Of a stretch of 64,000 nt of DNA, positions 8,600-18,673 are shown piece after piece (the first letter of the stretch is position 1; every line of letters begins with the position of its first letter). The notes beneath the pieces were generated by a model, which saw only the letters and a list, made by a program, of their open reading frames with translations, ran no database searches and was not told the DNA's origin. The DNA is from Patescibacteria group bacterium. Lineage in GTDB: Bacteria > Patescibacteriota > UBA1384 > UBA12157 > JAENIV01. The stretch lies in the NCBI GenBank assembly GCA_049515915.1, contig JBEKTP010000001.1, positions 6,855 through 70,854 on the forward strand, written 5' to 3'. Both the position numbers and the translations under genes were made by a program.

Positions 8600-9511
8600 T
8601 TATTTTTTGGACGATAAATATTCCTCATGTTTATCAGCTATTTCGAAAAGCCATTGCACAATTTTATCAAGATAGCTTTTTATTTCTTTGGCCTGGCCTT
8701 CGCCAAATGCGATTATTGACAGATATTCTTCTAAGGTTTGTAAAACTAGTACGGATATTGTTTCAATCAGCTGTGGCCTGGGAGTGGCATATTCAAATTT
8801 TGGTAGCCGAAAACCCATCTTATCCTCGTCTCTTTCTAAGTGATCAAAGTCAAGCTCGTGCCAACTACCATGTACATAGTGAGAACTAATTTTGAATACA
8901 AGTTCATATATAGGGTAAAGACCGACATCTTCTGCCTTTCCAGATATTTCTAAGTGTTTCTTTTCGAGTCCCCATTTTGTTTTTTCGAGTTCTTTTTCCT
9001 CAAGATTATCGAGATGTGATCGTTTGTAAGTTTTATTTATACTTTCCAACATCCTTTTTTCAATGGGTAACTTATTATTCCGTTTTTGAATATTTCGAAG
9101 AACGATATTTTCTAGTTGTTTTTCGTAAGCTAACGAAGCCCTTTTATATTTTTTATAAATGTCCGTATCAAAGTATTTTATCAAATAATTTAAATTTATT
9201 ATTGTTTCAGCAAGTGACCTTAAAACAATAAAAGCAATTTCTGTCCTGCGCTCTACGATTAAAAAGGTAAAAGTGTCGTAAAGTTTGTAAATCCTGACGA
9301 GATGCCCTCGAAGAATATCTAATTTTTCTGGTTCAATTTCTTTTTGGGATACAATTCCCGCAATTAAAATGACTGCTTTACGCACATCATTTGCAACAGC
9401 CACAAGATCGACCATAAAATCATTGTTACTATTCCTTTCTTTAGTAATCAATGGCAATTTTAATTCTGGTAATTCTAGCTGGACAAATTCATCTTCCTTT
9501 GGCTCTTTCAT
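8600..9511 (-). CDS. DUF5677 (HEPN-like) protein
   Basis: LRSLAE..INL.YL and Y....S.YVHG motifs. Confidence 0.65.
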   Translation of the reverse strand: MKEPKEDEFVQLELPELKLPLITKERNSNNDFMVDLVAVANDVRKAVILIAGIVSQKEIEPEKLDILRGHLVRIYKLYDTFTFLIVERRTEIAFIVLRSLAETIINLNYLIKYFDTDIYKKYKRASLAYEKQLENIVLRNIQKRNNKLPIEKRMLESINKTYKRSHLDNLEEKELEKTKWGLEKKHLEISGKAEDVGLYPIYELVFKISSHYVHGSWHELDFDHLERDEDKMGFRLPKFEYATPRPQLIETISVLVLQTLEEYLSIIAFGEGQAKEIKSYLDKIVQWLFEIADKHEEYLSSKK

Positions 9512-10932
9512 AAATTTAGATTATTTAAAATTTTTTTAATTTCATCTTCTTTTTCTATTATATTTTTAATCAATTCCTCCGGTTTCTTAAGATCTAAATT
9601 CTCTTTCCCATTCGGATTCTTGGCAGAGAGGTCATAATTTTTGGAAATAATTCCTTCATTTTTAACCGCCCAAGAATTTTCAGATTTCGTTTTCTTCTGC
9701 CATTTTTCAAGAGCATCTGCCGTATGTTCGTCTAAAATTGGGTTTTTCTTGGTGTATTTGATACCGGCAGGCGGGTTCAGTTCGTAATACCAAATTTCTT
9801 CGGTTGGTTTGCCTTTTTCAAAAAATAAAAGATTGGTTTTGGGACCTTGGCCGGATGAAGAAACATTGGCAAAAACGCCGGGCGGAAGGCTGATGATGGT
9901 ATGTAAATTACAATTTTCTAAAAGCTCTTTTTTAATATTGACATAGGTTTTTCCAGTTCTAAAAAGCACGCCTTCAGGCAAAACAATTCCGGCTCGGCCG
10001 CCGGCTTTGAGCTTTTTCATCAAATAATACAAGGCTAAAAGTTCGGTATCCGAGGATTTAATCGGAAAACCTTGCAAAACTTCTTTGTCTTCAACGCCAC
10101 CAAAGGGCGGATTAGTCAAAATAATATGGTAGCGTTCGCTTTCCGGAATAGAAGTTAAATCCTCCGCAAAAGTATTAGTTTTGGTAATGTGGGGCGATTG
10201 GAGATTGTGTAAAAGCAGGTTCATAATGCCCAAAAGATAGGGCAGGGATTTGGCTTCATTGCCATAAAAAGTCTCATTTTGGAGAACGGAAAATTGTTTA
10301 GCCGTTAATTTAGGATTTTTTTCTTGGAGGTATTTGAAACTTTCAGCTAAAAATCCACCGGAGCCAGCAAAAGGATCAAAGATTTTCTCGCCGATTTGGG
10401 GATTAATAATTTTTACCATCAGCCGAATAATTGGTCGCGGAGTATAAAATTCACCGGAAGCGCCACCCTCTTGGCCCATCTTTAAAAGCAGTTCTTCGTA
10501 GACTTGGGAAATAATGTGAGTGTCCTCGGGCTTAGAAAAATCAAGTTCATCTAAAAGATTGACGACATCTTTGAAATTGAATGGCGAGTGCATATAGTTG
10601 CGCAGATCATCAAAAAGTGAGGCAATAATGTTTTTTAATGGGGTACCGCGAAGATTTCTTAAATACGGAAACAATTTAATATTTACAAACTCTGATTGTT
10701 CTTTTGCTTCCAGCTTGCTCCAAGCAGACCATTGATATTTTTTTTCGATAACTGGCTGGTATCTTTCCCCAAAAACTTGCGCCCCCAGTCGGCTTTTATG
10801 CTCAATCTGTTCAAAAAGTTTTAAAAATAACATCCAAGAAACTTGTTCGATGTACTGCAAAAGATAGAGTTTGTCACGGCGCATAATATCGCAGGCTGAC
10901 CAGATTTTATTTGAGAGGGTTTGTCTATCCAT
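9508..10932 (-). CDS. hsdM: Type I R-M N6-adenine methyltransferase
   Basis: GEFYTPR, DPFAGSGGFL, NPPF motifs. Confidence 0.95.
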   Translation of the reverse strand: MDRQTLSNKIWSACDIMRRDKLYLLQYIEQVSWMLFLKLFEQIEHKSRLGAQVFGERYQPVIEKKYQWSAWSKLEAKEQSEFVNIKLFPYLRNLRGTPLKNIIASLFDDLRNYMHSPFNFKDVVNLLDELDFSKPEDTHIISQVYEELLLKMGQEGGASGEFYTPRPIIRLMVKIINPQIGEKIFDPFAGSGGFLAESFKYLQEKNPKLTAKQFSVLQNETFYGNEAKSLPYLLGIMNLLLHNLQSPHITKTNTFAEDLTSIPESERYHIILTNPPFGGVEDKEVLQGFPIKSSDTELLALYYLMKKLKAGGRAGIVLPEGVLFRTGKTYVNIKKELLENCNLHTIISLPPGVFANVSSSGQGPKTNLLFFEKGKPTEEIWYYELNPPAGIKYTKKNPILDEHTADALEKWQKKTKSENSWAVKNEGIISKNYDLSAKNPNGKENLDLKKPEELIKNIIEKEDEIKKILNNLNL

Positions 10933-13443
10933 TTAGACTCTTTCCTTTTGATAAAGATATTTTTGTAATTTTTGAATCGCAGACCTGGCTTGTTGGGGCC
11001 CGCCGAGGGAGACAATAATTTTTTCAATCCCGATTTCTTGAAATTTTGGCAAATTGAAAACTTCTTTTCGGGATATGTCTTCGATGCCGCCAATGCGGTA
11101 TTGATCAAGTAGGGCCAAAATAATCGGTTGAGCTTCTCTGCCAAGCGATGATAAAAATTCCTGTTTTCTAATTTCGATTGCCTGGGCCCGTTCATCGCGA
11201 GAAATAATCGGCGCGTCAAAAGCAACATGAGCTAAGACATCAAAAAAGTCAGCGTCTTCGCGATCAATCAGCTTAGCTAGGGCTTCAGGCGAAACGCTTT
11301 GATCTTTTAAATTCGAAAGAAAAGTTTTTCTCTTTTCTTCATCAATCCAGATTTTTTGCAAGTCATCCAAAGTTAGAGCCAGTTTGGCGACTTCTTCTTT
11401 GGAATATTCTTTGTATTCCGCACTTTTTAAGTGATTGCCGCCGACATCAAAAGTAAGATCGGCAGTGGAATAAATGTAGACGTCAACGCCGCCAAGAGTG
11501 ATTTTGTGAGGAGTTTTTCTTTCTTTTTTAAGCTCATAGATTTCTGGTTGGGGTTCAGGGGTGGGAGTGATTCGAAGTTCTCGGCGAACAAAACCGTTGG
11601 CGGAAATTTGCAGGGTAACTTTAATTCTGGGAAGTTTGTCAAAGGCAAAAATTCCGAGTTCATTGGTGGTTGTTTGTAAGTGCTCGTGCGCTTTGGTCAT
11701 CACGGTTACTTTGGCGCCAATAATTGGCGTTTCGGTTTTGGAAATGACAATTTTTCCTTCTAAAAAGCTATCATTAGGACCAATTTCTTCGTCTTCCGCT
11801 TCCTCTTTTTCCTCGGGTGTTAAAACAGAAAATAGTCTGGTGGCATTGACATAATCAATGATGCGAAAATAATATTTACTAGTGGCGGCATCAATGCGAC
11901 TACCACGACCAATAATTTGGTTGAAAAAAACCACTGACGAGATTGGCCGAAGTAAAACAATATTTTTTACCGAAGGCATATCAATGCCCGTGGATAAAAG
12001 ATCAACGGTGGTGGCGATAACCGGTGTTTTCTTTTCCGAATCTTTAAAAGCTTGGGCCAATTCGTGAGCGCCGCCTTCTTCGGAGACAATCGTGACCGCG
12101 TAGTTGGCCGCGCCTTCGGAGGAAAAATGATTTTGTAATTCTTTAGTCATGGCCCGGGCGTGGTCATTATTAACACAAAAAACAATCGTTTTTTCGTAGG
12201 TGCCAAATTTTTTAAGAAGACCGGCGAGATGTTCTGCGATTTTTTTCGTTAGGTTAGGAATGGCGACTCTACGTTCAAACTCACCGGCAGTGTAAAAGGC
12301 TTTGATTTCGTCATCAAATTCTTCGGGATAAAAAACTTCGGCTCCCTGCAATCTTTGTTCTTCAACATCCACGCCGCCTTCTTTATGAAGGTTGGTCAAA
12401 ATTCTCTGGATCATATAATTCGCGAGAAAGCCGTCTTTGATGCCTTGGCGAAGATTATATTCATAAACAGGATTGCCGAAATATTTATAAGTATTAATAT
12501 TATCATCACGCTTTGGAGTAGCGGTCATGCCGAAGTGAATAGCGCCGGAAAAATGTTTTAAAATGTCATACCAAAGATTCCAGCCCGAGCGATGACACTC
12601 ATCAATGATAACCATGTCGAAAAAGTTTTTGGGATAAGTTTCAAAAAGCCGCTTACCATTCTTTTGAGAATAAAGAGTTTGGTAGGTAGTAAAATAAATA
12701 TCTCGCACTTGAGGCGCTTTGCCTTCAATTATCTTTTCGCGGGCGTCTTTAAGAGGACCAAACTCCAATTCATAAGCCTGATCGCGGATGAGCCGGCGGT
12801 CGGCAACAAAAAGAACACGTTTGATATACCCGGATTGGTAGAGTTTCCAGACGGTTTGAAAAGCGACTTTTGTTTTTCCCGAACCTGTCGCCATAGAGAC
12901 CAAAATCCTCTTTTGCTTTTTGACGATGGCTTCGATAACCTTTTGAATAGCTAAAAGTTGATAATAACGAGGATTTTTGCCAAAGGGGGTAATATAGAGC
13001 GGGTATTCAAGCGGATTTTTCTCAAGTTTTTTGGCCAAAACTTTACTGTAACTTTTTAAACGGGCGTAAAGTTCTTCGGGTTTCGGGAATTGTTTGATTG
13101 TTTTTTGAGTATTAGTGATAAAATCAAACTCTTCGATGGCATGGCCATTAGTAGAATAAGCAAAAGAAAGTTCAAGTTTCTCCGCGTAGTCTTTGGCTTG
13201 TTGCATGCCATCCATTGAAGTGTGGTTTTCGTCTTTGGCTTCGACAACCGCGATCGGAAAAGCGTTATTGTGAAATAAAAGATAATCGGCAATCTTATTT
13301 TTTTCTCTTTCAACCCGATCGCCTAAAATATTAACTTTGCCGGCGGTGATTTGAAATTCCCTTTGAGTGTCTTCGTCTTTCCAGCCGGAATCTTTTAATT
13401 GAGGATCAATGAGTTTTGATCTTGTATCGGATTCGTTGAGCAT
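10933..13443 (-). CDS. hsdR: Type I R-M restriction subunit (EcoEI-like) with inserted beta-sandwich domain
   Basis: NESDTR, VVEAK nuclease, ATGSGKT, DECH, TATP, QIIGRGSR. Confidence 0.95.
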   Translation of the reverse strand: MLNESDTRSKLIDPQLKDSGWKDEDTQREFQITAGKVNILGDRVEREKNKIADYLLFHNNAFPIAVVEAKDENHTSMDGMQQAKDYAEKLELSFAYSTNGHAIEEFDFITNTQKTIKQFPKPEELYARLKSYSKVLAKKLEKNPLEYPLYITPFGKNPRYYQLLAIQKVIEAIVKKQKRILVSMATGSGKTKVAFQTVWKLYQSGYIKRVLFVADRRLIRDQAYELEFGPLKDAREKIIEGKAPQVRDIYFTTYQTLYSQKNGKRLFETYPKNFFDMVIIDECHRSGWNLWYDILKHFSGAIHFGMTATPKRDDNINTYKYFGNPVYEYNLRQGIKDGFLANYMIQRILTNLHKEGGVDVEEQRLQGAEVFYPEEFDDEIKAFYTAGEFERRVAIPNLTKKIAEHLAGLLKKFGTYEKTIVFCVNNDHARAMTKELQNHFSSEGAANYAVTIVSEEGGAHELAQAFKDSEKKTPVIATTVDLLSTGIDMPSVKNIVLLRPISSVVFFNQIIGRGSRIDAATSKYYFRIIDYVNATRLFSVLTPEEKEEAEDEEIGPNDSFLEGKIVISKTETPIIGAKVTVMTKAHEHLQTTTNELGIFAFDKLPRIKVTLQISANGFVRRELRITPTPEPQPEIYELKKERKTPHKITLGGVDVYIYSTADLTFDVGGNHLKSAEYKEYSKEEVAKLALTLDDLQKIWIDEEKRKTFLSNLKDQSVSPEALAKLIDREDADFFDVLAHVAFDAPIISRDERAQAIEIRKQEFLSSLGREAQPIILALLDQYRIGGIEDISRKEVFNLPKFQEIGIEKIIVSLGGPQQARSAIQKLQKYLYQKERV

Positions 13444-13535
13444 ATTAAAACAGCCCCTTTCTTATCTCAATTCTACCCCAGTTAATTAATAAAGTCCAGA
13501 GAATTAACGGGGCAAGCTCCAGTAATAGGAAGATA

Positions 13536-14210
13536 TCAATCTTTCATTCTGAGATCGGTGAAGAGGAAGCCGGAGCGGAGGACGGTTTTGCCGACGCGGA
13601 TATCGAGCGGGCGGCGAAAGCCCGGGGCATCGAAAACAAAAGTGTGGAATTCGCCGTTTTCGGCACACGGATCAACGCCTTTTGGCAAAGATTTTAGAAA
13701 ATCCAAATCAAAACTTGCGCCCGCCAGTTTCGGCGGCATTTTTTTAGGATCAAGACAAACCACCTTGGCTTTGAGTCCGCCGTCAATCATTTCGTGGGCG
13801 AGTTTATTCGTGTCCTTTTTCCAAAGCGGAAAAAGCGGCGTTATGCCGGCGGGAAGGAGTTTTTCTTCGCGGTAAGCGCGCACATCTTCCAAAAACAAAT
13901 CGCCGAAAATAATTTTTTCGACGCCACAGCTTTTTGCCTCAAGCATCGCCCGGTGCATTTTTTCTTCGTAAGTATAATTTGCGCAAGCTTTCGGAATGAG
14001 AACTTTGTGTAGCGGGAGACCCAAAGCTTCAGCCTGGGCTGCCAATAAACTTTCGCGAACGCCGTGCATCGAAACCCGCCGGTAACCTTCGGTGATGGTC
14101 GTCATGATTCCGGTAACTTCAATCTCGCCGCTCGCTCTGGCAATTTTTAGCGCCCAAATGCTGTCCTTGCCGGAACTTGAGGCGAGCCACGCCTTGGTTT
14201 TCTTTGGCAT
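13536..14210 (-). CDS. Dph6/MJ0570-like PP-loop ATP pyrophosphatase
   Basis: SSGKDS PP-loop, FGDLFLED, DPCAENGEFHT; likely start MPKK at 14210. Confidence 0.85.
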   Translation of the reverse strand: MPKKTKAWLASSSGKDSIWALKIARASGEIEVTGIMTTITEGYRRVSMHGVRESLLAAQAEALGLPLHKVLIPKACANYTYEEKMHRAMLEAKSCGVEKIIFGDLFLEDVRAYREEKLLPAGITPLFPLWKKDTNKLAHEMIDGGLKAKVVCLDPKKMPPKLAGASFDLDFLKSLPKGVDPCAENGEFHTFVFDAPGFRRPLDIRVGKTVLRSGFLFTDLRMKD

Positions 14211-14254
14211 GGCAATATCGTATCTCCAATCGTTCATTTTTGTAAACAACAGGT

Positions 14255-14680
14255 CTATTTGAGATCTTGGATAAGACGATACAACTTCGGATGTAAAGAG
14301 GTCGTAAAATATGTCTTTAGTTCTTCGGGTTTGACCCACTTGAGTTCTTTAAATTTTTCCCCGGCTTTAACTTTCCCGCCAACAATTTCCGCCGTATAAT
14401 AAATTGATAAAAATTGGCGGTTTTCGGGATAGGTTTTAGCAAAAATTACATCTTTGATTTTAACGTCGAGATTGGTTTTCTTTTTGACTTCCGCACTTAA
14501 ATATTTTTCGAGATCATCGCCGTACTTCGGACGGCCACCAGGAAAAGACCAAGTCAGGTTTTTTAAATAGGGATCGTTTTCACGCCGGCCAATTAAAATT
14601 TTGCCGTCTTTTTTAATGACCGCCAGCAAGTTAATCAAAAACACGCCACGATCAAACTCTTGCCAATTTATTTTATCCAT
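14255..14680 (-). CDS. NUDIX hydrolase (degenerate Nudix box)
   Basis: WSFPGG.....E.......EVKKKTNL. Confidence 0.8.
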   Translation of the reverse strand: MDKINWQEFDRGVFLINLLAVIKKDGKILIGRRENDPYLKNLTWSFPGGRPKYGDDLEKYLSAEVKKKTNLDVKIKDVIFAKTYPENRQFLSIYYTAEIVGGKVKAGEKFKELKWVKPEELKTYFTTSLHPKLYRLIQDLK

Positions 14681-14806
14681 AATTAAGTTTATATTACTCT
14701 AACTACAAATCAAAATCAAGATAGCGTCCGATGAGCGGTTTGACATTAACCTGTTTTATTATTACTATTAGAATAGACTTAATTACTAAGTGAGGGTTAT
14801 TTATTA

Positions 14807-17065
14807 ATGGCTAGCGAAATTAAGTTTGCGAAAATTACAAACTCAGGGAAACTCCAAGACCGGTTTTTGACGTGTCAATATGCTCAGTCGGAGGATCTTT
14901 CCCGATCAGGCATGGGGGAAATTTTTTCCATTGTGGAAATCTTGTCCCCTTGGTTTCCGACCGCTCAAATCGGCCAGTTAATCATCAATAATTTTAACAA
15001 GCATTACTATCAGGGTGGCAGCACCTCCGACCTGGTTAACTTTGAAGAATCGCTCAAAGGCGTCAATGAAAGTTTGGCTTTAGCGACCCAAGACGGGGAA
15101 ACGGACTGGATCGGTAAACTCAATGCTATTTTAGCCGTCGTTGTCGGCAGCAGTCTGCACATCGCCCCGACCGGCAAAATTGATGCTTACATTTTCCGCG
15201 ACGGAAAAGTCAATCAGTTAACCGAAGGGATGGCCGGGACGGTCGAAGTTCATCCGCTCAAAACTTTTTCCAATGTCATTTCGGGGGAATTAAAACCTCA
15301 CGATAAGGTACTCCTCACCAGCAGCGATCTTTTAAATTATCTTTCCTTAGAATCGATTCAGCAGCTCGTCGCCTTCAATAATCCGTCGGTCGCCGCCTCG
15401 CAAATCGCCAAATTGCTCCGAAAAGCGCGCGGCCGGAACGTCAACCTTGTCATTATCGGTCTTTATTCCAAAGACGAAATCTCGGCCGAACCGGCTACCG
15501 GCGAATTAGAAACAACCTATTATCTAGATAAATCGAGCGATTCGATTTTTCATCGGCTCAAAAATTTATGGCACAATATTTTGGCCCCGATTCTAAAAAT
15601 GACCGGTTCCTCTTTAGCAAAATTAACGACCAAATCTTTTAACGACGCTTCAACTAAATTCAAGAATTTAAGAGAAAAAAAACCAGCCGAAGCAAATGAG
15701 GTCAAAAGTCAAGCTTTACCTCCCTCAACCACCCCCAGCGCCCCCAGCCCGCCTGCCGAGCCGAAAGAAGATCACTTTCATCGCGAGTTTTTAAAAGATA
15801 CCCCGCGCGATGATACCCTTCTTAAAGATGAGCAGATTAACTTCTCGCCGGAATACATTCACTATTATAACGAAAACAAAAAGCCGAAAGAAAGTTATCT
15901 TAGCAAGTTATTCCCGAAAATTTTAGGGGCGATGGCTCGATTCTATCGTTTCGTGATCGCCTTAGCCCAAGATCGGAATCGCCGAAAATATCTCTACATC
16001 GCCGGCGCGGTGGTGCTCATTCTCATCATCGCCTTATTTACGCTCTTTCACGGGAAGGGCACGAAAGTCGGCAACATCCAGGCCCAAAACATTTTAGATC
16101 AGGCCCTTTCTGCCGAAAAAGACGGTAAAAATTCCCTGGCTAACGGCAATCAAGACCAAGCCAAAACTCAGTTTTCTGATGCGATCAGTAAAGCTCAAAG
16201 CATCTTAGGTAACACCTTTGTCGCCAAAGACGCCAATCAAGTTATAACCGATTCCTATAGCCAACTCGATAAGCTCACGGCGACAACCCGCTTTACGAGC
16301 TTAAACGCCCTCTCGACCAGCCCCACCGAGACCAATAATTTCTACGTTTTAAACGGGGAAATCTACTTTATTGGCCCAACGACCATCTATCAAGGCAGTG
16401 TGCTCGGCGGTACACCCGAAAAAGTCGCCGCTTTGCCCAGCGGCAAGGGCAGCATTATCGCCTCCACTCAAGCCAGTCAAATTCTTTACCTTTACACTAA
16501 TAACCAATATATGTTCAGTTTTGATGCCACCAATAACCAGCTCAATCAAATCTTGGTCAGTGGCGGCAAATGGGAAACCGCCAATGCGCTTTCGTATTAC
16601 GTGGGCAGTCTCTATCTCCTTGACGGCGTCCTGGGGCAGATTTATAAGCACACCTCCACTCAAAATACCTTTGCCGCCGGGCAAGCCTATCTGACGAGTA
16701 ACACCTCCACCGTCAAGCAAAGTCTTTCGATGGCCATTGACGGCTCGATCTATGTTTTAAAAAGCACCGGCGACGTAATCGAGTTCCAGCATTCTAAGCT
16801 GCAGGACTTTAAATTAACTGGTCTCCCGACCCCCGCCGATCAACTGGCTAAACCGATTAAAATCTATACCGATTCCGACACCCCCGCTCTTTATATCTTA
16901 GATAACTCCCAGAAAAGAATTGTCGAGTTTGATAAAAACGGCAACTTTATCCATCAATATGCTCTACCAGAAAGATTTAACGATATCAAAGACTTTGACA
17001 TTTCGATTAAATCCCGTAAAATTTGGGTCTTGCAAAAAAACAGCGTCTACGAACTAAATATATGA
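14807..17065 (+). CDS. Membrane protein: PP2C-like N-terminal domain, TM helix, C-terminal beta-propeller
   Basis: SGELKPHDKVLLTS; TM YIAGAVVLILIIALF; LYLLD / SMAIDGSIYVL / LYILD..QKRIVEFDK blade repeats. Confidence 0.6.
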   Translation: MASEIKFAKITNSGKLQDRFLTCQYAQSEDLSRSGMGEIFSIVEILSPWFPTAQIGQLIINNFNKHYYQGGSTSDLVNFEESLKGVNESLALATQDGETDWIGKLNAILAVVVGSSLHIAPTGKIDAYIFRDGKVNQLTEGMAGTVEVHPLKTFSNVISGELKPHDKVLLTSSDLLNYLSLESIQQLVAFNNPSVAASQIAKLLRKARGRNVNLVIIGLYSKDEISAEPATGELETTYYLDKSSDSIFHRLKNLWHNILAPILKMTGSSLAKLTTKSFNDASTKFKNLREKKPAEANEVKSQALPPSTTPSAPSPPAEPKEDHFHREFLKDTPRDDTLLKDEQINFSPEYIHYYNENKKPKESYLSKLFPKILGAMARFYRFVIALAQDRNRRKYLYIAGAVVLILIIALFTLFHGKGTKVGNIQAQNILDQALSAEKDGKNSLANGNQDQAKTQFSDAISKAQSILGNTFVAKDANQVITDSYSQLDKLTATTRFTSLNALSTSPTETNNFYVLNGEIYFIGPTTIYQGSVLGGTPEKVAALPSGKGSIIASTQASQILYLYTNNQYMFSFDATNNQLNQILVSGGKWETANALSYYVGSLYLLDGVLGQIYKHTSTQNTFAAGQAYLTSNTSTVKQSLSMAIDGSIYVLKSTGDVIEFQHSKLQDFKLTGLPTPADQLAKPIKIYTDSDTPALYILDNSQKRIVEFDKNGNFIHQYALPERFNDIKDFDISIKSRKIWVLQKNSVYELNI

Positions 17066-18111
17066 ATTTAGACAAAAATTTTTTTTCTTGGCCGCGCATT
17101 ATTATTATCCTCCTTTTTGGGATTGCCATCTGGATTCTGATCCCCAAACTGATCGGCCTCACCCAGGCTCTTCAGCTCCTCCGGCAAATAAAATATTGGG
17201 CTTTAATTTTGGCGCTCGTCGCCGAAGGTTTTTACTATGTCGGTTCGGCCATTCTCACCCGCGCCGTTTTAAGGATGACCGGTGATAAACTGAAATTTAT
17301 CGATGTCATCAAAATTTCGCTGCTTGACTCCTTTTCAATTCAGTTTCTGCCTTTGGGCACTTTCGGCGAAGGGGCAGTCGATTACTATTTTTTAAAAGAG
17401 AAAAAAATTCGGACCGCCCATATTGTTTTAATGTTCATCGCCCGCGTCATTATCGTCTATTTAATTTTTGCTTTTATCTATCTTATCGGCGTCGCTTTCT
17501 CCCCGACGAACCACGGCTTAAGCGCCCGAGCCTTAATCGTTATTTGGATTACCTATCTGGCCGCTTTCGGGTTTTTCTTTTATCTTCTCAGTCTTTATTC
17601 TCGAAAACCGGTTTTGATTCAGCGCGTCGCCAAATTGGCCCGTTTGGCCAACCGGATTTTAAAAATTGTTAAAGTTGGCCGCATTCCACTCAATACTATC
17701 CCCGAACTAGTTCAAAAATTTTATGAAGCTGTCAAAATCCTGGCCAAGAATCGTCATTTACAAATCAATGCCGTTACGGGCGCCATCTTGTTTTGGGGCG
17801 GTGATATCATGTGTCTGTTTTTTGCTCTTTGGGGATTTGGTTATACGCCTCACCTCCCGATGGTGATTTTCGCCTATTCAGCCGCCCGCATTTTATCTTT
17901 AGTCAGTTTTATTCCAGGCGGCCTGGGAATTGTCGAAGGCACTTTAGCCCTCATTTTTATCGGGTTCGGTGTGCCGGCCGGCATCGCTCTGGCCGCCGTT
18001 TTGATTTTCAGACTCATTTCCTTTTGGCTGCCTATTCCCGTCGGCCTGGTTTCATTTTTAAGCTTAAGAAAAAAATATATCCAGGCCCGATTTGAGAACG
18101 TTCTCAGCTAA
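17062..18111 (+). CDS. Lysylphosphatidylglycerol synthase TM / flippase-like (UPF0104) protein
   Basis: Multi-TM; PGGLGIVEG and FRLISFWLP motifs. Confidence 0.85.
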   Translation: MNLDKNFFSWPRIIIILLFGIAIWILIPKLIGLTQALQLLRQIKYWALILALVAEGFYYVGSAILTRAVLRMTGDKLKFIDVIKISLLDSFSIQFLPLGTFGEGAVDYYFLKEKKIRTAHIVLMFIARVIIVYLIFAFIYLIGVAFSPTNHGLSARALIVIWITYLAAFGFFFYLLSLYSRKPVLIQRVAKLARLANRILKIVKVGRIPLNTIPELVQKFYEAVKILAKNRHLQINAVTGAILFWGGDIMCLFFALWGFGYTPHLPMVIFAYSAARILSLVSFIPGGLGIVEGTLALIFIGFGVPAGIALAAVLIFRLISFWLPIPVGLVSFLSLRKKYIQARFENVLS

Positions 18112-18170
18112 ATCGGCCGACCCCGCCAGGGTAAATATTATAAGTATATTTGAGTAAATTTTCAGACCAT

Positions 18171-18383
18171 CTACTCGAAATCAACTTCTTGAAGTTGAGA
18201 TTGTCTAAGGATAGAACGAAAAGTGCCAAACGGTATTTCGCGACGATTAGCGGGGACAATAACGGTCAAAGTCGGTCGTCCATGTCTTCGATATTTAACA
18301 TGACTACCTTTTTGAGAGACATAAACAAATTCTTGTTTTTCGAGAACTTTAATAATGTGCTGAGAAGAATATAGTTTAGGCAT
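18171..18383 (-). CDS. hicA: HicA toxin
   Basis: QKGSH and GTFRSILRQ motifs. Confidence 0.9.
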   Translation of the reverse strand: MPKLYSSQHIIKVLEKQEFVYVSQKGSHVKYRRHGRPTLTVIVPANRREIPFGTFRSILRQSQLQEVDFE

Positions 18384-18597
18384 GCTGAAATTGATGCTTG
18401 ACTATCGAAAGATTTTCAATTTTAACAATTTTGGTGGGTTTGTGATCTTCAAAATAGAGTTCTAAGGCTTCATTAAGATTATTCAAAGCCTCTTTTTTGG
18501 TTTTACCAAAACTGGAAACTTCAACATTCAAGCATTGAGCAACATAAAATTTGCCTTCCTTCCAGACCAAGTTTTGTAACTGATAAGAGTTGTTCAT
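18376..18597 (-). CDS. hicB: Short HicB antitoxin (hicBA order)
   Basis: SSFGKTKKEALNNLNEALELY motif; overlaps hicA. Confidence 0.9.
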   Translation of the reverse strand: MNNSYQLQNLVWKEGKFYVAQCLNVEVSSFGKTKKEALNNLNEALELYFEDHKPTKIVKIENLSIVKHQFQHA

Positions 18598-18673
18598 ATC
18601 TAATCCTTAATTAAAATATAGACAAATAAAAACTAAAAGTCAAACCGACGAGAATGCTTAATGACCAGAATAA

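Noticed and set aside
13536-14339. Longer 267-aa version of the Dph6-like ORF
   Set aside because: The extension overlaps the NUDIX gene; recognisable family sequence begins near MPKK at 14210.
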